The notes under the pieces were generated by a model. That model did no database searches, was not told the origin of the DNA, and saw only the letters and a list, made by a program, of their open reading frames with translations. Made by a program: the position numbers and the translations under genes. From assembly GCA_001643675.2 (NCBI GenBank), contig LSRY02000034.1:124001-188000 (forward strand): DNA of 64,000 nt, in the 5' to 3' direction. Origin of the DNA: Monocercomonoides exilis PA203 (lineage: Eukaryota > Protista > Preaxostyla). Positions 13,701 to 25,300 of the stretch are shown one piece after another; position 1 is the first letter of the stretch, and each line of letters opens with the position of its first letter.

Positions 13701-15725
13701 TGCATTCTAAAGCATGTGAAGAACGCATTGAATATGAAACTAAAAATAGTTAATTATGCAAAACTGTTTGAACATTTGTGCTTGAATTGGAAAAACTGGT
13801 TAATTTTGCATAGATGTGGGGAAATACAGAATAAACTGCTTTGAAGATTGTGTTCGAAAATCAGAATGGCTTTCTGGAATGTAATTTATTGGGATTGTTA
13901 TGTCATCTGGTTTCAGCAAAATAATCTTGTCAGTGATTGAATAAAGCACTCAAAATGGAGAGTTGCACATGATAAATTATGAGATGAGTATTATTGGAGG
14001 GAAGCAAATCACAATTAATTGTTTTCTGGAAGAGAGTTGAACAGTGGTTGTTTCGATTTCAGAAAAAATCATTCGTTTCACTAAAAACAGTTTTAGTTTC
14101 TTTTGAAATGTGAATATTGACAATAGGAAGGAGAATATAAAATGAGATTAATTAACTGAATTAAGAAATGATTGTGGACTGCTTGGTGTGTTATTGAAAG
14201 CTTCTCAAAAATTTGAGTAGACAATCTGTCTTTGTCTTCAAATTTTCATTTTCTTTTCCTCAATGTTTTGTGGGCAAAATTATATAAAAGAGGAATAGAA
14301 TTACTTGAATAATTACTAAAAAAATAAAATGCTTTCAAATTTTAAATTATATTTCTTTGAATTTAATGAATGGAATTAATGATCTCAATAAAACAACACT
14401 ATTTGTCCGTTCTTTTCTTTCATTCTTTAGCATTGCAGACGTTGTGCAATGATGAACAAACGAATTGAAAGGTTGACTTAATTGATCACTTTGCGCTCAA
14501 TACCGTCACATTTTGTCGTTCCTGATAAATTTTCACAATTTGATTATAATTTTGCAAACAATAACGTTTGAATAATTTTTTTATTCATTATTTGTATCAT
14601 CCTTCAATGTTAACTTTACACATTCCATGTGTTTATTCTGATAATCGTCTTTTAATGTTAAAATCTCAGTTGTTTTTTACTATTGATCTTGAACGATTTT
14701 TGTGTTATCTATAGTTTTTTAATGTTTTGTCGAGTTGTCATACAAACTTTTTTGTGAATGTTGTCTTTTCTCTGAAGATCCAAATAATATGAGTGTTGCT
14801 TTTGATGTTTTTCATTTTTTTTTCATGTTGCTGATTTGAATTTAGCGATTATTGATATTTCTCTGAGAAGTTGTGTTGTTCATATTCATTTATAAGAGAT
14901 AATGATTTGAGTTATTGTTTATTAAAAAATTTTTTTGATGATATCACTTCATTCTATTTATCAAATAACAAATATGTTTATAAATTGATGTGCATGTTAG
15001 CTTGTTCCTCAGCTATTTTTGTCATTCAAATGATAAATAAAATACAAATATAAGATCCATTTCTGAAAAAGGAATAATGAATTTAAAAGAAAATTTCTTA
15101 TGGGTTATGCAAGAGATTGTTGTTAAACATGTTTATATATGTTCGTTTTGTGCGAAATAATGATATTGAATGCATGTTTGTTGGAAAGAATTGAAAAGTT
15201 CCAGAAACCCTTTATAGATAATGTTGTCCGGTATTTTGTGCGATGTCCGGTATTTTGTACACAATCTATATAATAATATATTTATAAAAAATTAATCTCT
15301 TATTTAATCAATCCGAAGTTTCAAACTGCCATTTTCATTCAGACATCAATTGTTAATTTATTACAAAAGAATGATATGTCAAAATTTTTTTGGAAAGAAA
15401 CTTTTGTATAATTTTTATATTTAGAAAAAAATTTCATATTTCTCTCAAATTTCTGTTCACATAGACCAAATTTTTCTGTCATGGAAACAAATTCTTGATA
15501 ATGATATTCTATTCATTCTCATGAAATCTGGTGAGCGGAAACAGAAATTTGATCGAAATATGCAATTTTTTCTTTATTTGAAAATTAAACAAAAGGAACT
15601 TTTTTAAAAAAAATTAAGACATGTCATCTATTTTTTCATTGCAATTATTTCATTCACATTGTTGCTCTGATTTTAACATTCAACAAAAAACCAGAAAAAC
15701 GAAAAATCGTTTATTATTTTCTATC

Positions 15726-15771
15726 GAGCGAATAAATAAGCACAAGGAGCATGTTCGCTCCTTGATAATGA
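15726..15771. repeat. Left inverted terminal segment of the DIRS element (partner 20884-20929)
   Basis: The reverse complement matches 20884-20929 ungapped at 33/46. Contains hairpin CAAGGAGC-atgttc-GCTCCTTG (15743-15764). Confidence 0.7.
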
Positions 15772-15914
15772 CTATTGTTAACAATTTATGGGTAATTTAA
15801 GATCAAACTTCGCCAATACTCACTTTTTCAAGAGCATCATTGTCCGCAGTCGGAATGGAACAAGAACCTGTTTGACTATCAAACAAAGACGGCGAGGGAA
15901 CGGATTTTGATCTG

Positions 15915-17129
15915 ATGCAGAGAATAAGAAGAGTGGAAAATATGACGGAAGAATTCGCTTGGAGCGGAACATGTCCGACTCAGTCTGGAGCTACGGGGAT
16001 GCTGCCAATGAGAAAAGTGAAAAGGGAACGAGCAAGGAGAAGAAGCAGATCGAGATCGAGCGAGTCGGAGTCGGACGCAGAATATTGTGATCTGATCGCG
16101 AAGCGGAAACAAGGAAAGCGTGAGAGATTGCTTCGTTCAGTTAGCCGCACGAGGAGACGGGAATATGAAGAGGATAGCGACTGGGATTCTGAAGAGCTGG
16201 GAGCGCTGCAAGAGAAAGAAGGAACAGAAGACTTTACAAGAATTTTTCCCAGGGAGTGGTTGACACCCCGGAGACAAGCGAGCGAGTTGAGGAAATTCAT
16301 TGAGTTCTGTAAGGCGGGATCCTTACGAATGAATGAGGACATATTGAATACGTTTATTCCGGAGAGCGAGAAGGAGTTTTTCACGGGACACACAGACACA
16401 AGCTGGAACGCACAAGCTAGGACAGCTATTACAACAAAAGGGAGAAGAGACTCACCAGAATCGATCCGAGCAATTGAATTCCTCCAGCCTGCTCTCGAAT
16501 CGGGCTTCGAAGCAGCGAAAGTGATCGCCGCACTCACTGTGAAGGAATTGGAGAAAGCGCACCTCATGGAAGAGGAGAAGGAACGACTGAGAAAATTGTT
16601 TTGCGCATACGCGCTTATCGCCGACTGTATCTGCAGAATTAACTTATTGAAAGTTAAACCCCAATCGGATTGGGAAAATGCGAAAGGCTTTTTAGAAGGA
16701 GGAATGTCAAAGGAAGTGCCGGAGAACCTGGAAAAACTGGTGGAGAGCACCAGCTTTTTTCAAGCAGAAAGAGATATAACAGGATTCGGTGCATCTCCCG
16801 ACTCCACAATAGGTTGTGAGCCTGCAACGGCCAGAAGTGGACCCCCGAGAAGATACAGTTCGGGAAGGGGCACCCAAGGATTTGTATACAGACAGCTCCA
16901 AAAACGCTGCTTCGACGGGTGCTTCATGAATTTCAAGGAAAGAAGGAGGTCAACACAAGTCTTTCCACAGCATGCCCCAGCACCAGTTGGGAGACTTGCG
17001 CCGGTCGCAGTTCCCCTTCCCCCAGCTCCCCCGAGGATACAGGGAGGATCAGCAACAGGAACAGCTATTGGATCGAGCCAATGGACCTGGAAGAAGCGAG
17101 GGGGAAGGGAGTCGCGCAAAGGCGCTTGA
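15915..17129 (+). CDS. DIRS ORF1 (gag-like)
   Basis: 404-aa ORF upstream of and overlapping RT, with a basic RS-rich N-terminus and an R/G/P-rich C-terminus. An in-frame ATG at 15855 is cut off by TGA at 15873. Confidence 0.75.
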   Translation: MQRIRRVENMTEEFAWSGTCPTQSGATGMLPMRKVKRERARRRSRSRSSESESDAEYCDLIAKRKQGKRERLLRSVSRTRRREYEEDSDWDSEELGALQEKEGTEDFTRIFPREWLTPRRQASELRKFIEFCKAGSLRMNEDILNTFIPESEKEFFTGHTDTSWNAQARTAITTKGRRDSPESIRAIEFLQPALESGFEAAKVIAALTVKELEKAHLMEEEKERLRKLFCAYALIADCICRINLLKVKPQSDWENAKGFLEGGMSKEVPENLEKLVESTSFFQAERDITGFGASPDSTIGCEPATARSGPPRRYSSGRGTQGFVYRQLQKRCFDGCFMNFKERRRSTQVFPQHAPAPVGRLAPVAVPLPPAPPRIQGGSATGTAIGSSQWTWKKRGGRESRKGA

Positions 17130-19234
17130 CAGAGAGAGAAGAGAAAGCAGCACTTCGCCGCGAGACAGAGATGGACAGAGTGCTGTCAAACTCCGAAAAG
17201 GTGACAAGACTACAAGGAGTCCCATTCAATCGACAGATAGTAACAAGAATGGAACTAGCAGAAGTTTGCGAGAACATCGAAGAGGTACTGAGCCCATTCC
17301 ATCGAGAAAATAGAATAAATCAAGAAATCCCAAGAGACTACGAGATGGGAACATGGAGAGAGAACACAGAAGGAGACTCCGTAAATTTCAGCAGGACAAG
17401 ACAGAAGAATGATCGGAAATCCGGGAAGGAGGAAGAGAAGAGAGTCTTGAGAGCTTTTGGGACTGTTATCGAATCCCCAATTGGGAGCGCCCTGGAGGAG
17501 AGCTGGAAGATAGCTACTGCAGATACTCTCGGAGGGAAAGAGACCGCACATATCCAGACTTGTCAAAGGACACCAGAAGTGAGGAGTTGCGCAGCAGTGG
17601 GACCACCGAAGGAGCCACTCCCTGGGAGACTAGTGAACAGGCTGAGCGAGTGGAAGAAGATTGGGGGAGACAAGCTAGTGAGCCGTGGTATAAGAGCTCG
17701 ATGGAAAAGTCCCCAATCCCCAATCTCACTGGAGGAGAGAAGACACAGACAGGAGTTTCGGGGAACAACGGAGACGATGAACAGTTATTTATCCCTCTTG
17801 GAGGAGGAATTGAAGGACGAAGTGGTGAAACCCATACATGAGTCGGAGGTGAAGTGGTTCAACCCGACATTTATGGTCCGGATGAAGAACGGAAAGTGGA
17901 GAAAGATCCTGGATTGCAGAGCTCTAAACGAGGAAGTGCAGGGAAAGCATTTCAAGATGGATTCCCAGAAGACAGTGGTGGAACTCCTGGAGGAGAACGA
18001 TTGGATGACCACTCTGGACATATTGAGTGAGTATCAACATGTCAAAGTGGACGAGCAATTCAGCCCCTTCCTTTACTTCAGCTTTCAAAGTCAATGTTAC
18101 GCTAACGTAGGGATGCCATTTGGGGCAAAGGATGCGCCCAGAGTTTTCACGAAGATAATGAGACGGGCGGCGTCAAATATCAGAGAACATTGGAAGGTTA
18201 AGCTGGTGATATATCTGGACGACATCCTCATCATGCACCCAGACAGGGATGCTTTGAGATCGATCTCACAGGAGATAGCCCAGTTCCTGAGAAATCTGGG
18301 CTGGATACTGTCGGAGGAGAAGCTGAAGCTAGAACCCGCAAGGAGCGTGGAGTTTCTGGGATGGCTGTGGAACTCAGAGAAGATGGAAGTGACGCTCCAA
18401 GAAAGGAAGAGAGTGCTGCTCTTGGAGGATGTGCGAAAGTGGATAGCACATGCAAAGAAGAGGAGGATACAAAAGACGAGGGACTTAGCAGCACTCCTCG
18501 GGAGGTTAAATTTCGTGAGATTACAACACCCACCAGCGAGCTTGTGGATGAAACGCATGCAATACGTACTGAGGCATGCAATAGCCCGCGGAGGCTGGAA
18601 TGGAACGGTGATACCCAACCCAATGATGTTAGGAGAACTAACACATTGGAGGAAAACTCTGCGAGAGAACAGACCAAGGAGTCTGAGGAGAAGGAACAGA
18701 CCAGCAGAGCTAACAACGGACGCTTCGGAGCTGGGATGGGGTGCAGTATTAACAATACCGACAGAGAACAAAGAGGAGAAGATATATGTCCACGGGAGTT
18801 GGACACTCCAGGAGAGCACGCTTGCAATCAACGAGAAGGAGTCCAGAGCAGTGTTGAGGACTTTAGAAAGAAAAGGAGCATGGCTGAAAGAACAGGAGAT
18901 AGATCATATCTGTCTGAGGACAGACAATATGTCCACGAGATGGACAATCCAGAAGAAGAGAGGAGCGCTATCACTCATTCCAACACTGAGAGCACTGGAG
19001 AAGAACCTGAACAGTCTGGACATAACAATACTAACGGAACATCTCCCGGGAGAGCTAAACACAAAAGCAGATGCACTCAGCCGGATGGAGAGAAATCAGG
19101 ACTACGCACTGAGGGGGAAGAAAGTCGCAGAGATATTACAATTAGTCGCACCGAGAACACTAGATATAATTTCAGAATCGATTGCGCCGGTGCCCTGCGG
19201 TTGTGCTTGGAGACTATACTCTCTGAGAAGGTAG
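16919..19234 (+). CDS. DIRS reverse transcriptase + RNase H
   Basis: RT motifs FNPTF...KWRKILDCRALN...HFKMD, TLDILSEYQHV, GMPFG..DAPRVF, IYLDD, VEFLG. RNase H motifs TTDASELGWG, INEKE, RTDN, HLPGELNTKADALSR. The C-terminus is replaced by unrelated sequence after about 19168. Confidence 0.95.
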   Translation: MLHEFQGKKEVNTSLSTACPSTSWETCAGRSSPSPSSPEDTGRISNRNSYWIEPMDLEEARGKGVAQRRLTEREEKAALRRETEMDRVLSNSEKVTRLQGVPFNRQIVTRMELAEVCENIEEVLSPFHRENRINQEIPRDYEMGTWRENTEGDSVNFSRTRQKNDRKSGKEEEKRVLRAFGTVIESPIGSALEESWKIATADTLGGKETAHIQTCQRTPEVRSCAAVGPPKEPLPGRLVNRLSEWKKIGGDKLVSRGIRARWKSPQSPISLEERRHRQEFRGTTETMNSYLSLLEEELKDEVVKPIHESEVKWFNPTFMVRMKNGKWRKILDCRALNEEVQGKHFKMDSQKTVVELLEENDWMTTLDILSEYQHVKVDEQFSPFLYFSFQSQCYANVGMPFGAKDAPRVFTKIMRRAASNIREHWKVKLVIYLDDILIMHPDRDALRSISQEIAQFLRNLGWILSEEKLKLEPARSVEFLGWLWNSEKMEVTLQERKRVLLLEDVRKWIAHAKKRRIQKTRDLAALLGRLNFVRLQHPPASLWMKRMQYVLRHAIARGGWNGTVIPNPMMLGELTHWRKTLRENRPRSLRRRNRPAELTTDASELGWGAVLTIPTENKEEKIYVHGSWTLQESTLAINEKESRAVLRTLERKGAWLKEQEIDHICLRTDNMSTRWTIQKKRGALSLIPTLRALEKNLNSLDITILTEHLPGELNTKADALSRMERNQDYALRGKKVAEILQLVAPRTLDIISESIAPVPCGCAWRLYSLRR

Positions 19235-19564
19235 AAGGAGTGATTGAGCTGTTGTTGAACAAGATAGTGCTAGTCTGTTATTGAGAAGCATGGTGTTAAC
19301 ATTTCTGGAGATGAGAAATGATTACTAGAATTAACTCCCATGAAAAATAATTAGCGTTCGACTGGAGAGGAAAATACATATACGGAGGAAATTTTTTCAA
19401 TCTTGGAGAGATAAAGTTGGGGCAAAGGACATATCAACAGCAATATTGACTATTCAAAAGAACGAAAGGGACTCGAAGAGAACGCTGTGAAGATTTAACA
19501 AGTCTTGGACAAGTGAAGTATTGATGATACTTACCCCCTCACAACTAGAGATGCCAAATGGATT

Positions 19565-20772
19565 ATGACAGAGTTTACCGAAACACTCTCGAATACGAAC
19601 CTCTCAAACGGAGTGATTCATCAGACAGTGCGGAAAGTACTGGAGTTCATCAACCTTTTTAGAGAAACCAAGATTTATCAAAAGGACATAGAAATATTTC
19701 TAAAGACTTCTGTGCGGGATAAGCCGAGAAAGGGAAACGACACAAATCGATGTGGGACTTTCCAATCATCACGAAGTGGGCAGAAGCCACCCATGAGAAG
19801 ACGGACCCACAGACCCTCCAAAGGAGAGCTCTCATCCTGACCATGATTTTCGGTGCTTTAAGTCCAGCAGAGCTGGAGAGAATGAGAAGTGATACAACTT
19901 TATTTAAGGACGAGTTAGTCCAGACACAAGTACAAACAAAAACATCAGGGGAAGAGACGGTTAAGGTTATCATAAATAAACATCCAAACCCACGTATTGA
20001 TGCTGTTGCAGCGCTCCAACGTCGGATGGATTATACTGAGACGACGTTTCAGAGTGAACATGTGTGGTTTGATATAGAAGGGAGTAGACCTGCAAACCTA
20101 CAGAAAATTCAGGAAGAACTAACAGCTATTCTGAGAGAGAACGAATATCCCGAAACTTTCACCGCGTACTCGATAAGACACGCAGTGATTACACACTTAG
20201 CAATACAAGAAGGAGCGGACTGGAAGGCGATCAATGCTTATGCGAGATGTGCGCCTGGTTCGAGAGTGGCCCAGGAATATTATTCCGTTAAACCGGTGCA
20301 AGACACGAATTGGATCCTGGAGACAATCTGTGGATCAGTACCCCAGAGGGGAGAAGATGACAAGCCATATAAGAGTGGAGAATCGAAGGAGGGGAGGCTG
20401 GAGATAGCAGAGGCAGATATGAAAGATTGCTCCGAGGAATTACCAAAATCTGGTCTTGAAGACGGGAAGAAACCTACGAGAAAGCGATCAAAAGGTGGAA
20501 AGAAACTACTAAGTGAAGAAGGAAAGAAAAGTGAAACGGTTCAGTCACGAAGCTCTACACCACGACGACCAGGCAGTCAGAGGACACCCTCCATAATCCC
20601 AAATAATATCTGTGAGCTGATGGGAGAAAAGGATTCAACTCCGCTGAAGAAGAAAGGCAAAGATCGGAAGAGGCGTAGCGGAAATAGAATTGGTCAGATG
20701 GGGGATTACAATGAGGAGGCAAGGGCTAGACCGATGTCTCCTCAAAGATATCCCAAGAGGGAGCGGGTGTAG
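19565..20772 (+). pseudogene. DIRS tyrosine recombinase (frameshifted, catalytic residues altered)
   Basis: ORFs 19565-19840 and 19750-20772 join by a frameshift. Motifs GALSPAEL (R expected at S), AYSIRHA, ARCAPGS (W expected at C) and QEYY, followed by a long charged tail. Confidence 0.88.
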
Positions 20773-21639
20773 AGCAGGAGGTTTGCACCACTACACGCAC
20801 GCTCTCAACTCATCCGCCGCACTAGAGCGTGCTAGGAAAGGGGTTTTAGATCACACATACAGAGATAAAAGGGATTTCGAGACTCATTATTGAGGAGCAA
20901 ACCTGCCACTTGCGTTCGCAGATTCGCTCTATTGTGAATTAAAAGAACGCAGTGAGACAGGTTTTCTCCGAGATAATACAAACGCGGATGGAGAAACTCA
21001 AAGAGGCTGGGTGCGAGGAAAAGCGACATGCTAGTGAGAAGATGACGAGAAAAAAGGGGCGAAAGATTCAAGGGAAGAAATAAAAATTAACCTCCAGAGG
21101 TCACAATGGTGCATCGATAACCTGTATAAGGAAACAGGGAATAAATGGAAAGTGTTAAGAATAACTCTACTCGTTAAGTTTATGGCGAACAAGTGCAAAG
21201 AGAAGAATTAAATATTTATTATTCAGTGTGTGGTGAGTGGTTACGCTCTGCGGGATTAACAAAATCGTAGGAGGCAGAGTACTGCACAAGCAGTTTTCTT
21301 TTCCACTCCTCGCATGAGCGAGAGCGGTTTTTCTTTCTGCTCCGTTTGGAACACTCGCCTCACCTGATCCCTGCACGAACTACAGGAGATAGCTCCGAGG
21401 TGCAATGTCCCCTACCCTCTGATCTTCGTGGCCAAGGTGAAAAATGCGAAATCCGTGGTGAAGTGAAGCGGACAATGCAATATTTCATTTTTGCAACTCT
21501 TAATGTTATTGTTTGTATTTTTATCTCTCCCTTTTTTCCACGTCATTTTTGGGAGTGCGAAGTTCTCACTTTTACAACCAATTAATTATAAACAATTCTC
21601 ATAATCCAGGAGAAAACATGCTTTGCTTCTGAGTTCTAT

Positions 21640-21990
21640 CAAAATGTTTGAAATGAGAAAAAGTGTAAAAAAAACAAGTTGAGAAAGTTTAAAACAAGTT
21701 CAACTTATAAAAAAGAAACGATGTATTATGATATGAAAGCTTAAGGCTTCCGAGAAAAAAATATTCGCTGGAAAAGCAGCAAGTCAATTATCAAAACAAA
21801 AAATTATAACAATCCTCGATCTTTTTGAAAAACATGAAATATTGGAAAAAAAAAACAAAATATGGAAATTAATACAATTCAAACAGTTCGGTTGACTTTA
21901 TATTTTCAACTGGCTTGTGCATAACTGTTGGCACGACAAAAAAGGAAAGGGTCTTAATAAAAAAAAGTCAAGAAAAAATTAAAAACCTAT
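21640..21990. repeat. Truncated copy of the right half of the 33147-34428 element (empty site for the 268-bp MITE)
   Basis: 21660-21745 matches 33830-33910 and 21761-21990 matches 34199-34430. It lacks the 33931-34198 insert and has a single ATAT at 21761-21764. Confidence 0.85.
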
Positions 21991-22159
21991 GATAAAGTGA
22001 ATGAATCATGTGAAGAAATAAAAAATAATCGCATTAAGTTTTATTCACACAAAATGAAAAAATTGAAATTATGTATTTCTGATTTTTCTTTTTGCACACA
22101 TAAATAAATATATATTTGGCTTTGATAATTGATAAAATACAAAAAAAAAAAAAAAAAAA

Positions 22160-22201
<42 letters not shown>

Positions 22202-22335
22202 ATATCATATGAATGAAAGAGAATTGAAAAAATTTTGTTTCCTCTGTTTATAATTAAATTTTTTTTGAAAAAACGGTGAGATGTGAGAACCATAGAAAAA
22301 AAGAGTTTTCAAAGTTATAAAACAACAAATAATAT

Positions 22336-25300
22336 GGGTGACTTTTTTTGATTTCATAAAAAATTCCTATGATTGATCAAAAATAAATTTCATTATGGGT
22401 TACTTAAAAAAAAGAAAAATGAGAGATGTTATTATTCAAAATATTGCTTTATATATAGTTGTTGTTGTTTAAAAATAAATTTTTATTTGTTTCTCATTGT
22501 TTTTGCTTCAAAATTTGAAGAAAATTCATTTATCTTATCAAAAAATTAAAAACTTTTATAAACAGAATTTAACTTTAAATTAATAGCAAATAAAATATGA
22601 ATTCAACAATTTTGATAAAGGATTCAATAAATTTCTTTTGAAAAATTTGAAGAAAAATGTTATTGAAAATGAAAAAAGAATTGATTAATTGAAATCAACA
22701 AATAATAGAAAAAATCAATCAATTTTTGACAATTAATAATTTTTATTGTTGATTCACCTACGCTCGCTTCTCTTTCAACTGTTTCGTTATCTTTCTCTTC
22801 TGAATAATGTAAAATTAATGTATTTTACTCATTTCCACACTCATCATTAAAAAACTTCTTATTCCAAAAATATCATCTCCAATTCCCTTCCCAATCCCTT
22901 CATCCTGGGCACTTTCCATATGAATTCGCTCTCCCAACTCCATAGCCACCCTGCACAACGAGATATCCCGCTTTCATTCATTTTCATTCTTTTCCACCTC
23001 CTGCCCTGAAAGAAACACAAAAACAATCAACAGATAAATATTCATATAAAGAAAAATAAATAAAGACCAAACTGCGCTTCGACTGTTTTTTGCCAAACAG
23101 CCTCATTTCCACAGCCATCATCATTCAAAATAAATCAATCTCTTCATTTCTGTCTCAGAATGGAATACAGCATGGAATGCATCTCCACAAAATACATAGT
23201 GTATCTTACAGAAGGGTCATCTCAGCCCGTACACATTGTGATGCCTGTCCAGAGGTGTTTTTTTTGTTTTTGGCATGATCATCTCCTTTAATAATATTCT
23301 CAACCATCCAAAGAAGAATAACTCGTTTATTTCATCAACACCAGGCACATGAGGGATAAGGCGCATACAAGTGATGGAAGAGGATTATTTGTGAGAGAAG
23401 GTGGGAGTTGAGTGTTTTTTGGAATGTTAATATTTCGAGAGGGGTTTTTGAATGAAAGAAATTCTGAGACAAAGGGATGGGGAAGGGCATGTGGAGATTT
23501 GGAGAAAAATATGCAGCAAATATACAGAGAGAAAGTTGGTGATAATGAAAGAGGGCTTGTTGTTGATTGGAGAAATGGATTTTGATGAGAAGAAAAAGAG
23601 GGTAAAAGCTAGAAGAAGAGGACAATTTTGAAGTGTTCAAATGAAAGAGGGGTTTTTTTTGAGAGGAAAAGATTTTTTGGAAGAAAATAAGAAAGATGAA
23701 GAAAGGAACTGATTGATATTTTCTAATGATTTTGTGAGCTGAATGGAAGAGGAAAAATGGAAAGGATAAGAAAAAGAGAGATATTATCATTTTCTATTTT
23801 TTGAAGAGAAAGGAGAGGATATTACAAAAAGAAAGTCAATGAACCAAGGACGTAATTTTTCATCAATTAATTTCAGTCAGACTGAAACAAATATTACGAT
23901 TACGATTGTCTTGCTATATATGAAATCAACTTATTGAATAAAATATTTGGTCCAATAAACGACTTCACACAAAATTTTCTCTACAAAATAATTATTATTC
24001 AGCAGATTTAACATATATGTGTCTCTTCGTCATCATCACTTTCTTAGCCTTCTTCGCTTTCTTCTGCTTCTAAGGCATTTCCTCTCATTTTTTCATTGCA
24101 TCAGTTAATAGACTATCAAATGCTTGAAAGCTGTTCAATTAGCAGATTGATTACACAATCCAAAAATCAATTCATTCAATTTTCCTGCTCTTATCAGTAT
24201 TTTCATCGCCATCAATGCATACTGCAGCTTCGCTGTTTGTGCATTTGAACTGTTTTTTCTTCCCCAGAGGAGCATTCCGCTCTGCTTCAGCACTTGGTAC
24301 GGCTTCCGCGCTCCGGCTGTGCTGAACAGGGTGAATGAGGTGAATGGGCATATCACGAGAAATGGTGGTGGAAGAGGGAAGGAGCTTCAAGGCACATTGC
24401 GTTCATCAGCTCGCTTTATGACACCGCCAAGAAGCGAAGAGAGAGAAGGTCAAGTTCAAATGGAAGAGGCAAAGATGGCGGATTTCAGAAGCAAAGTGAG
24501 CGCAGAGCAGAGGAAAGGAAGACAGCAGGAAGAGCCAAAGGCGAAGACAAAGAAGAAGGAGAAAGACGAGTTTAGCACGTCACAAATTGATGCATTGGAC
24601 ACAAGGCTTCCACAGGCAATAACAGAAAGGAGGAGGAGGGACAGGGGAAGAGAAGAAGGAGGTGATGAAAATGATGATGAACAGTAGCAAACATTTTACT
24701 CGTTCGGCAGCACACTCTCATCTGCCCAGCTGCACACTCAAAACATCACAGCCTCCTCAACATTTGCTTCTCCTCCTTTTTCTCCCTTGCCGCCACACAA
24801 TTGTCTGCCCCTTCTGTTCTTGTTGGCACTCCTCCAAAGCCACTCACTCCTTCATCTCCTGCCACAGACTCCTCTTCACTCACACTAAAGTCCATTTGAG
24901 CATCCAGCCAAATCTCTTCCTCTCACTCTCTTTCATCTATTTCTTCCTTCTCGCTGCCACCGCTTGTGACTGTGCCGATCCCTCGTGCGATTCTCGGGAA
25001 GAGCAGATTGGGCAATGCAGGTGTGTTTGCAAGCAGTAGCGTGTCAGCGACGAGGGATGTGTTTGAGCCACAGAGTATCCTTCTGAACTATGCAGCGTAT
25101 GTGGCCAGCCAGGGGATTCGGGTGGGTGGGGAGAAGGAGGGGAAGGAAGGGAAGAGAGAGAAGAAGGATGAGAAGAGGAGTGCAAATGAGTTTGTGAGCG
25201 ATAAAGATGAAAAGGGATCGTTGTGTCTGACAGATAAATGCATAGATAATGAGAAAAATGAAGAGGAAGAAGAGGAGGAGGAAGAGGAAGAAGATGTATT

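Larger units (their letters stand above)
15716..21480 (+). mobile_element. DIRS-like tyrosine-recombinase retrotransposon (defective)
   Basis: GC-rich island with gag-like ORF, RT-RNase H ORF and YR ORF in DIRS order, with overlapping frames. Inverted repeat between 15726-15771 and 20884-20929. Boundaries approximate. Confidence 0.93.

Noticed and set aside
15226-15260. TGTCCGGTATTTTGT direct repeat as a CRISPR-like array
   Set aside because: Only two adjacent copies (a related inverted copy lies near 6095-6112), no spacers, and the context is eukaryotic.
15743-15775. Hairpin as a Helitron 3' end
   Set aside because: No CTRR terminus at the expected spacing; it is explained as part of the DIRS terminal repeat.
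15980-16750. 256-aa antisense ORF over gag, and long antisense ORFs over RT and the giant receptor
   Set aside because: These are S/F/L/P-rich shadows of purine-rich coding strands, with no motifs.
24172-24390. AVPSAEAER resembling the hAT dimerisation motif inside E2
   Set aside because: Only a few residues match, the FS motif and context are lacking, and a 4-bp TSD does not fit hAT.
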